From contig OZ024743.1 in the NCBI GenBank assembly GCA_964016885.1, positions 219,356,001 to 219,420,000 of the forward strand: a stretch of DNA of 64,000 nt. The letters run 5' to 3'. The number at the start of each line of letters is the position of its first letter. The stretch's first letter is position 1. Both the position numbers and the translations under genes were made by a program. The DNA is from Eledone cirrhosa (taxonomy: Eukaryota). Shown here piece after piece: positions 54,528 through 64,000 of this stretch. A model generated the notes under the pieces. The model ran no database searches. It had not been told where the DNA came from and saw only the letters and a list, made by a program, of their open reading frames with translations.

Positions 54528-54533
<6 letters not shown>

Positions 54534-56370
54534 ACCAAGTAATACAGAATGGGGTCATACCAAAAGACTGGCGTAGCAGCATCATCATTAACTGCTACAA
54601 GGGTAAAGGAGATGCTCTAGATAGAGGAAACTATAGAGGCATTAAGTTAGTTGACCAGGTCATGGAGGTCACAGAAAGAGTTATAGCGCAACTAATCAGA
54701 GAGCAAATTGATCTAGATGAAATGCAGTTTGGGTTTGTGTCAGGTAAAAGTACCACAGACGCTCTTTTCCTTGTAAGACAACTACAAGAGAAGTACCTAG
54801 CTAAAAGTAAACCCCTCTACTTAGCTTTTGTAGACCTGGAAAAAGCCTTTGACAGAGTTCCCCGCTCCATTATCTGGTGGGCTCTTAGAAAACTAGGTGT
54901 AGATGAATGGCTTGTGAGAGCTATACAAGCTATGTATAATGAAACAGTCAATAAGGTTAGAATTAACAATGAGTATTGTGAAGAATTTAGTGTAAAAGTT
55001 GGCGTTCATCAAGGCTCTGTCCTTAGCGCCCTCAATGGCTGAACTAGAAAAGAAATTCCAAACATGGAAGCATGGCCTAGAATCAAAAGACCTTAAAGTT
55101 AGCTTGTCTAAGACTAAAGTCCTAGTTTGTAGAAAGGAAAATAAGGCACAGGTACCCTCAGGGAAATGGCCTTGCTCAGTGTGTAGGAAAGGAGTAGGCA
55201 GAAATTCAATTTTATGTCCCAAATGCAAAGTATGGGTACATAAAAGATGTAGTGGGATGACAGGTAAACTATCTAAGAACGTAGACTTTATATGTGGCCG
55301 ATGCTCAGGTGCAATATGTAGCAAGTGTCCACAGGATACTAGCCCCTTCTATTGCCCAGATGGTTCTATAGAAATAGTAGACACTTTCTGTTACCTGGGT
55401 GACGAAATCAGCAGTGGTGGAGGGTGTTCTGAAAGTACAGGAGCCAGAGTCAGAATGGGATGGAAAAAGTTCAGAGAGCTTATACCGCTGTAGGCCACAA
55501 AAGGTTTCTCTCTAAAAATGAAAGGCAGATTGTATGATGCTTGTATACGAACAGCAATGCTACATGGCAGTGAGACAAGGGCATTGCGTGCAGAGGACCT
55601 GCGTAGACTGGAAAGGAACGAAGCATGCATGTGTAATAGTAATATACGTGAACGGCAAAGCATAAATGAACTAAGTGAGAAATTAAGAATAAGAGGGATC
55701 AGATGCTGTTTACTCGAGAGAAGACTATGTTGGTATGGCCACGTGATGCGCATGAAAGACAACAGCTGTATAAAAAAGTGCAGGGCGATCAAAATTGATG
55801 GTAGTTACAGAGGAGGTAGACCCAGAAAAACCTGGGACGATCTGATAAATTCCGACCTTACACACTTGCACCTCTCTAAGACAATGTCACTGGACCGAGA
55901 TCTTTGGCGCTACGCAGTAATACAGAAGACCCGCCTTGCCTATGTACAAAGCGAAACCTACAGTCAGTAGGCACCTCCTAACCAAATATACACCCCAATC
56001 CACTACCCCTACCCTATCCTCCCACTCCCACCAACACCACCCTCTCTCTATAAAGTTGGTACCACAACATCCAGTCCAAATAAATGAGATAAATGAGATC
56101 GAGATCGAGATTGTGATGGTGTCACGAGAAAAAAACACACAGTCCACGCTGTAATGTGGTTGTGTAGGTAACACGGTAAAAAGTTCCCAGTTCCACACTG
56201 TAAATGTGGTTGGTGTTAGGAAGGGCATCCAGCCATAGAAAACCTGCCAGATAGTCCTATATGAGCGAGACATGGTCACCCGACCAACCTTGCCTCAAGT
56301 GGGACAACTCCCGTCTAACCCATGCTAGCGTGGAAAATGGACGTTAAACGAAGATGATGATGATGATGAT
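54528..56370 (+). mobile_element. 5'-truncated RTE LINE with an internal deletion of the YADD region
   Basis: HQGSVLS is joined directly to SMAELEKKF; there are stops; (GAT)n tail at 56353-56370. Confidence 0.92.
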
Positions 56371-56371
56371 A

Positions 56372-57805
56372 CTAGCAGTGTATCCCGGTGTTGCACGGGT
56401 AAGAACATTGGTAATAGCACCTCCAATGAGAAACGTTTATTTGTGAGTACCTGTTAAAACTCACGAAAATATACCGACAGAAAACTTGTTTGATTTGGAG
56501 AAAATTAAGAAGTTGAAAGTACAGTTTAGCTGTCTACATGCATTGTTTATAGAAATATTGTTGAGCCCTTTCTTTTCATACTCCTTCTGTGATAGTTGTC
56601 CCCCGGCGTTTCCACTCTGTTTTGGCCTATTGACATAAATGCGAAAGAGAAAGTCACAGGTTAAGTTGGCAGAAGGTTCCAGTGCAATAGCAGTAAGGCG
56701 TAGGCTACTTACCTCAAAAGTTCATTCGCATTCTTTCCACTAAGTTACTCTTTCTCTCTATCCCTCTCGGTGCAGTCCCTTGTGAATTTCTCATGTAGGC
56801 CTGGTGTAGATTTGCACCCGATCCATCTGCCCGATGCACATGTCCACTTTGTATGGCTTTTTGAGGAAGGAGTGACCAGCAGTACGTTGATCGGTATTAT
56901 TACAAAAAGGTGTAGCAGAGAATCCCGCGTGAACTAACAGCTCGGGAGGAAACTGCTTACCTCGAAGATTCATTCACCATCATTCTTATCAATATTCCGT
57001 TTAGTTGGTATTTGTTGGTCTACAGTTAGATGAATGGCCCACAAAGGGTTAATGTTTATTGGCAAGAAGTTTTTTGATTAATAAAAGACGGGTTAAAGCG
57101 ACCTACAATGTATCATTCTGCGTTGATGTTAGCGGTTTTCGTTATTATCAATGGGTCTTTTGGACGGCAAATTCGAGACCCTTCTGTTTCTCCCTCAATA
57201 AAGTGACTACTGTGAAGACCATTCCATGTTGGCCTGCAGATGGAAATGCAGAACGCAAAGGTGAAAATTCAGTGGTAATGGGAGTCCTATGTAACAGCAG
57301 TAATATTGACATTGCTTACAACGTGTGCTTTCACCCTTAACGGGATCTTCTGAAACTAAAAAAATCAATCTGTGAACGCAGAAGTAAATATTTCAAAAAA
57401 CGTTGCAACCAAAGGAAAATAGGAAGATGATACTTTGGTTCGTGAAGACGTTCCCTGGCAATGAACGGAAAAGAGCGAAGATAATACGTCAGCAATGAGA
57501 CCAATGTTTGTCATAATGTCGTAATGCGGACAGCCAGACATACAGACAGATATTATAAGGGTGCGACGTTATAGCTATGTATCTATCTAAAAAGACATAC
57601 TAAGAAAGACAGAGAGATTGATAACCGGCGCCTAGTACCCCTTTAACAACAGAAAATTGAAAAATAAAAGCTGGAGTTAATATCTTTAGACCGCAAGGAA
57701 TATATAAATGCAAGTTTGAAGTCAATCGGAGTAGAAATGTGGATTCGTATAGACTTTGCAAAAATTAGGACACACACACAGACAATTTCAGTTATATATA
57801 TATAT
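56372..57805 (-). mobile_element. Non-autonomous Helitron
   Basis: Minus-strand 3' end CCCG-TGCAACAC-CGGG ... CTAG|T, same design as 24465; the 5' end merges into (TA)n near 57800. Confidence 0.7.
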
Positions 57806-58091
57806 ATATAATATGAAAGAGATGTTTGTTGGTTGGTGTCTTCATGCATCATACAAAATGGAAAACTGACAATCTCTCATGATAAAATTGATATTATTTG
57901 AAATTAATATACAGTGTATATTAATAAACTTTTTGAAGATATTGTTATATATTGTTATTGACTGACAGAGTGTCATCCTATCCTCTTGGGCTGCCGTATA
58001 AGACTGGCTGCTATTTTGCATTTATTTGTATTTTTATATTCCTTTGTATTGATTTATTTTCATAATATTTTCCGAGAACATTTATTTCAGC

Positions 58092-59014
58092 ATGCCATCA
58101 AAACACCACTCATCTATCGGGAGGGTTACTAGGTCTGTCAAACAGATGAAATTTTCAAGTAAAACAGAAAATCAAGAACAATATGCAAAATGAAAATAAA
58201 AAAGCAAAGCAACAAGAACAACAATCTCAACTCTCTGACATTCAGCAGATTATGAGATGGAAAACAAAAAGATTAAGACAACAAGAAAGATGATTGCTAC
58301 TTTCTGAAAGTGAATGGAACCTGAGGTGGGAAACAGAAAGATTAAGACAACAAGAAAGATGATTGCAGCTTTCTGAAAGTGAATGGAACCTGAGGCGGGA
58401 AACAGAAAGATTAAGACAACAAGAAAGATGATTGCAGCTTTCTGAAAGTGAATGGAACCTGAGGTGTGAAACAGAAAGATTAAGGCAACAAGAAAGATGA
58501 TTGCAGCTTTCTGAAAGTGAATGGAACCTGAGGTGTGAAACAGAAAGATTAAGGCAACAAGAAAGATGATTGCAGCTTTCTGAAAGTGAATGGAACCTGA
58601 GGTGTGAAACAGAAAGATTAAGGCAACAAGAAAGATGATTGCAGCTTTCTGAAAGTGAATGGAACCTGAGGTGTGAAACAGAAAGATTAAGGCAACAAGA
58701 AAGATGATTACAGCTTTCTGAAAGTGAACAGAATCTGAGACAGGAAAAATCCCAATAAACGGAGCTTCAATATGAAAATCAGCGAGAGGCAATGAGAGTT
58801 GCGATGTAAATTTGACGAGCACAAAGGACTATTCAAGGCAGAATAAACTGCTTAAGAGCTGCATTTTCATATGATCCATCGAGGAAATAATCCTAAAGTC
58901 GTGATTGTTAGCATGGATATTACATGCAGCAGTTGTGGAGTAAGAAAATGGAAAGGGGACACATTTGGCATATGTTACTTAAGAGGAAAGGTCAGACTTC
59001 CACTGATAAAGGAC
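58092..59014 (+). pseudogene. Decayed N-terminus of a Helitron RepHel ORF (23-aa repeats + Zn finger)
   Basis: MPSKHHSSIGRVTR start, 69-bp repeats, then AAFSYDP...VVIVSMDITCSSCGVRKWKGDTFGICYLRGKVRLP, typical of the RepHel N-terminal Zn finger; cut by a hAT TIR at 59015. Confidence 0.75.
58250..58742 (+). repeat. 69-bp tandem repeat, about 7 copies (STPR-like 23-aa unit)
   Basis: The unit translates SESEWNLRCETERLRQQER*LQL. Confidence 0.9.
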
Positions 59015-62000
59015 CAGTGGCGGATTTAAGGAATAGGGCCCAGTCGGCATTGGTCAGTAAGGAGGCCCCAGAGTGAAAATTAAAGTACCTTCTTTTCGAG
59101 CGAGTATTGAAAAAGTTTTTTTTTTAATTTCCCATTTAGCTACCAATAATCATTAAGAAGACAATTAAATTACAAGTACACTTTATTTGAAACAAACAAA
59201 CAGATGTGCTGTACTGTAAATAAATAATAAAGTAATAAAGTTGTATATATGTTAGTCTTTTACACAAATTGCTTTTACATGCGCAGACCTCTGCGAGCTT
59301 TAACAGTTGAAAAATGAGTTATAGCGTGGTCCAAGTTTACTGATTTAGTAATTTTGTTTTCAATTGCCAGCAGGGCAAAACTGGATAGCCTCTCCTGGCC
59401 CATCGTTGAACGAAGATAATTTTTAATTCTTCGTAGAACACTGAAAGAGCGTTCCGCACTTGCTATGCCAATTGGTAAAGTGAGAAATAGCCTTACCAGA
59501 ATTTCAAATTCGGGAAAGACATCACACAAGTCATTGTTCAGTAACAATTTCAGATATGGCATAACCCCACTTTGTTTTAAAGCTGCGTTTGGCTGTGAAA
59601 AGTAGAGGCCAATGAAAGAAAAGAATTCATTTCTGAGTTCCAGTGTGAATTCATTTGGAAAGTTATCTACCAATGTTGCTACATGTGTTTTTAGTTCATC
59701 ATCTGAGCATTTAGCCAGTCGATTTGGACTCAAAAATCCAAAGATTGAAGATATTTTTTTTATTCCTTCAGTTCGGGCTCTCATCTCCCCAATCATACTA
59801 TCCAGTGATTGAAAATAAATTGCAGTGCGATATCTATCTGAAGCAGTAGCTAGTCTTTCAACACCACAAACTTCACCATCCATAATCTTTCTTCTCCTTA
59901 CTCGCGTTATTTTAAAATCAGCTTCAGATGCATCAAATCCCACGTCATTCCAGGCTTTTTTTGCCTGGTCCACAAATTGTTCAAATTTGTGATCGCATCT
60001 GAGTTCTTCCAATTTATCTGTTGAACGTTCAAAGCACTCAGTCACAAGGAATAAATCAATTGTCTTAGCTTGTAGAAGACGATTAGCTGAATTCATATTT
60101 TCTAACACTTTGTTCCACCAAAGTAGAGATAGGAAAAAAGTCCAGTCCATTTTCCCTTGCAAATCAGTTGCCTGTTTTACTTCATTTGAGTCATGATTTT
60201 CTTCTATCAAATCTGCCAGACATTCACTGACATTGTGAAAGTTTCCCAGGAGAGCAGAAACTGCATTATGTCTGGCTGACCACCTTGTCTGAGAGAGTGA
60301 TTTCAAGGTTCCGGATCTTGATGAGCCACATATATGCTCATCTTCAACTTCTTCGTCAATTGAATTAGAAATAACCTTCTCAACAGCTTCTAAAAGATTC
60401 TTCTCCTGACTTTTTGCCATATCAAGAAGTTGACTCCAGCGTCTATTTGAATTAACAAAGAAAGCATAGATAGATTGAATGTTATCAAAGAAGCATTTAA
60501 TTTCAACAAGAGGTGGAGGAGTACCACTTTGAGCTGCATGTTCAAGAACTAGATTGAGTTGGTGGGGAGGACAGTGAACATATGGAACAAAAGTATTTCC
60601 GTCCAGTGCCATATTCTTTTTTAGTAAAGCTTGAACACCACCTAATGCCCCACTCATCACAGATGCTCCATCATATGCCTGTCCTTTAAGATGTTTGCGC
60701 TGCAAGCCAAGTTCTTCAAACAATGCCTTTTCAATGACACTGGTAATACCAATTGCACTAGCATCAAGGACATGATAATATCCAACAAAGTGTTCTACAA
60801 TTTCCACTGACTTTTCAAGTCTGTCAATTTTTATAAATCTCAATAGCACCGCCATTTGGTCCTTATGACTTATATCAGTTGTAGAATCAGCAATCACAGT
60901 GAAAAATTTGGCTTCCTTGCAAAGATCAACAATTTTGTCAAGTGTCATTTTTGAAAGAATCTGGACTTGTTCCTCAAAGATAGTTTTGCTCAGATATTTG
61001 AGTTGTCCCTTGTCCTCAAAATGTTGTTTAAGAATAGGATCGATTGTGCTTATGTGCCTTAATATTGATAAGTACACACCTGGATAATCAGCATCCAAGG
61101 ATTCTCTATGACCTCTTAGTGGCAATCCTAGACATGTAAGTTCTCGTAAAAGTCCGAACTGATGATTAAGAACATATTTCCATTTTTGAACTTCTGCATC
61201 CATTTGTTTTTTCACTGAAACTCCAATGGACATATTCTTGGCGAACTGTTTATAGGCATATACTGCTCTGTGATGAATTTTTGATTGAGAGTGTTTTTCA
61301 ATGCTTTTGGAAATGTGCTTCCAATCATTCATACTCTTTGACCATGGCGAGTTTTTGGCCTCTTCATCACCAAATAACCAGCAATTATGGCAGTAACAAT
61401 AATTACCTTTGTATGAATAAACTAGCCAGTATCTGTGTACTCGTTCTTCAAGGGGGTTTTTAAAATTATAGTAACTGCTCTTGAATTTTCTAGAATGGAT
61501 AATGGGATAGTCTCCTGTAGGCACATCATTTTCCAAAGGTTGACAAGCACCCCTTTCAACTAAAATGTTCAAGTAATCTTTCACTTTATTCTTTCCTGTG
61601 TCAAATCGTGCTTTGTCATTTAAAAATGGCATTGAAGCCTGACTAATTTCAGAAAGTTCATTTTCAACTTCAGAAAGACTTATATTTTCTACAGCAGGTT
61701 CAGTCACTTGAGAAGGAAGCACAGGTTCAGCCCCTTCAGGAATAGTTTCAGCTTCACCTGTAGATATTGTAGGAATATTTTCTTCTGCAACATCCTCAAT
61801 ATCTGCACTATGGGGCGCAGAAAAAGTCTTTGACTTTTTGCTTTGCCTGCTGATTCCAAATCCTTTTTTCTTTTGAGTGCACGCTTCTCAGCACCTGATG
61901 AAAACTTCTTCTTATTCATTGTGAGTCAGTCTACAAACAAAATATAAACTAGGTATAGGAAATAATAAAAGGAACTTACCAATTATTTGTTGCTTACACA

Positions 62001-62100
62001 ATTTTAATGCTTTAATATTTTTAAACTGTGGCCCAATAAAACAAATTACGGCGATATCCAAAAATACCTCCCCCATGCCTAGGGTTAAATAACTTCGCTG
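59015..62100 (-). mobile_element. hAT DNA transposon (one TIR visible)
   Basis: Terminus CAGTGGCGGATTTAAG at 59015; the partner TIR was not found in the window, so the right boundary is unknown. Confidence 0.8.
59275..61919 (-). CDS. hAT transposase (TTF-type Zn finger / DUF4371 / hAT dimerisation, ZMYM1-like), one frameshift near 61825
   Basis: WLVYS...CYCHNCWLF, PLRGH, ADSTTD, QAYDGASVMSG, HCPPHQLNL, TRWSARH, ASAERSFSVLRRIKNYLRSTMGQERL. The N-terminal MNKKKFSSGAEKR is in a different frame. Confidence 0.92.
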
Positions 62101-62221
62101 TTCGCTGCTGATATGAGGCTAAATAACTTCGCTGCTGGCTGCTGGCTGCTGAAATGAGGCTATTCCAACAAATTTACATTCCCTTTTTTTTAGTCGTTAA
62201 AAGAAATATAGATTTATTTAT

Positions 62222-62270
62222 TGTAAGTATGTATGTATACGTACATACATATATGTATACAGTAGCATGC

Positions 62271-62301
<31 letters not shown>

Positions 62302-62819
62302 CAGGTACACATATATATATGTACGTATCAGTTTAGCGAACGTTTATTATAACGCTCGCTTTGTCCGTTTGTAAACAAGCGAACAGCCTAATTTATGCCA
62401 TACGGTGTTAAGGCAACCACGTCACCTTTTTGTTCAACACTGACACAGGAACGATGTACTAGTTTCAAGCTTGTTAGCTATCATCAGCACCGTATACCCT
62501 TCTGCCAGATAGTTGAACGTTCGAAAGTATATACTTTCCTTATGAAAATTAACGGCTGAGCAGCCTAATTTGCATATCGAGTGAGTTCAGTCGGCCAGGC
62601 GTATCGAAAACGATAAGTTGTAATATAATTGTTTCTACTTTAGGCACAAGGCCAGCAAATACCCAGTGCATTACTGGTACTTTATTTTATCGACCCCGTA
62701 AGGATAAGTTGTAATATAATGAAACGAAATTTCATTTCTCACTCTTAGTACGGCACTTACTTAAATGTAAGTATGTATGTATACGTACATACATATATGT
62801 ATACAGACGTACAGTAGCA

Positions 62820-62913
<94 letters not shown>

Positions 62914-63370
62914 CAGGTACACATATATATATGTACGTGTCAGTTTAGCGAACGTTTATTATAACGCTCGCTTTGTCCGTTTGTAAACAAGCGAACAGCC
63001 TGATTTATGCCATACGGTGTTAAGGCAACCACGCCACCTTTTTGTTCAACACTGACACAGGAACGATGTACTAGGCCGACTGAACTCACTCGATATGCAA
63101 ATTAGGCTGCTCAGCCGTTAATTTTCATAAGGAAAGTATATACTTTCGAACGTTCAACTATCTGGCAGAAGGGTATACGGTGCTGATGATAGCTAACAAG
63201 CTTGAAACTAGTACATCGTTCCTGTGTCAGTGTTGAACAAAAAGGTGACGTGGTTGCCTTAACACCGTATGGCATAAATCAGGCTGTTCGCTTGTTTACA
63301 AACGGACAAAGCGAGCGTTATAATAAACGTTCGCTAAACTGATACGTACATATATATATATGTGTACCTG

Positions 63371-63424
<54 letters not shown>

Positions 63425-63533
63425 TGCTACTGTACGTCTGTATACATATATGTATGTACGTATACATACATACTTACATTTAAGTAAGTGCCGTACTAAG
63501 AGTGAGAAATGCAATTTCGTTTCATTATATTAC
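62222..63533. repeat. Repeat unit of about 0.5 kb, in two direct copies plus one inverted copy
   Basis: 62222-62463 matches 62766-63074; 63074-63533 is the reverse complement of the unit. Confidence 0.85.
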
Positions 63534-64000
63534 GATTTATTTATTTGAAACGTTTTTGTTAGTTTCTTTGTTTTGTTTTTTTGGCGATATTTTTGTTAGT
63601 TTCTTGTTTTTTTTGGGGGGCGTTTTTTGCCGGTTTTTTTTTTATAGATTTATTCATTTATTTTTAACGTTTTTGTTAGTTTTTAAGTCACAAACATTGC
63701 TCCCCGACGCTCTACCGATAATAGTAAGTATTAGTGGTTGTAATAAAAATGCAATCAAAACGTAATAAATACCTTCACTGATTTCTTTCCTTATATTATC
63801 AACAGAAGTTGGTATGTCACCCAAAGTTTCTAATTCCTTCTCCACAGTAAGACAAATATCCATGTGTAGTTGAAGAGGATAAGTATGAAAGAACAGTCTT
63901 TGGTACAGTGTTCTATGAATGTTTTCGAACGAATAAATAATTTCAGTTTAAAATCAATTTCACTTTAACTTGTTTGGGTATTTTCCACGAATTGGCATAA

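Noticed and set aside
58250-58822. 190-aa hydrophobic repeat ORF on - resembling a multi-pass membrane protein
   Set aside because: Antisense reading of the 69-bp repeat; flanking RepHel motifs show the ancestral coding strand is +.
63773-63915. Possible minus-strand exon (...MDICLTVEKELETLGDIPTSVDNIRKEISE|GTATTT)
   Set aside because: Donor-like site but no clear acceptor or recognisable domain; near the window edge.

Overview
AT-rich, microsatellite-laden eukaryotic DNA, most consistent with a coleoid cephalopod (octopus-like); that assignment is inferred from the repeat landscape only. One host gene can be assembled by hand. It is a 5-exon cytosolic-sulfotransferase-fold gene on + (CDS exons 14862-15060, 31538-31855, 36010-36107, 37082-37259, 41171-41277; 900 nt, 299 aa, all introns GT-AG). 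The frame is open, but the PAPS-binding motifs are degenerate (YPKSGTxW -> HPGAGSHW; RKGxxGxWK -> HNGKVDTWK), so it is a candidate pseudoenzyme. The rest is transposons: a Gypsy/Ty3 element (gag end, pol, 3' LTR), non-autonomous LTR elements, RTE-type LINEs with a PHD-like finger inside RT, tRNA-derived SINEs, Helitrons, a near-intact hAT transposase, MITEs and Penelope-like (GIY-YIG) remnants with inverted arms. Reading by eye finds about 8 type I hammerhead-ribozyme folds from several unrelated families, not visible in the ORF track. Two lie sense in intron 1 of the gene, each preceded by an antisense copy of itself, and one lies about 140 nt after the stop codon. Most ORFs in the supplied track are microsatellite or antisense artefacts. 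No database searches were run; element boundaries are approximate unless termini or TSDs are quoted.
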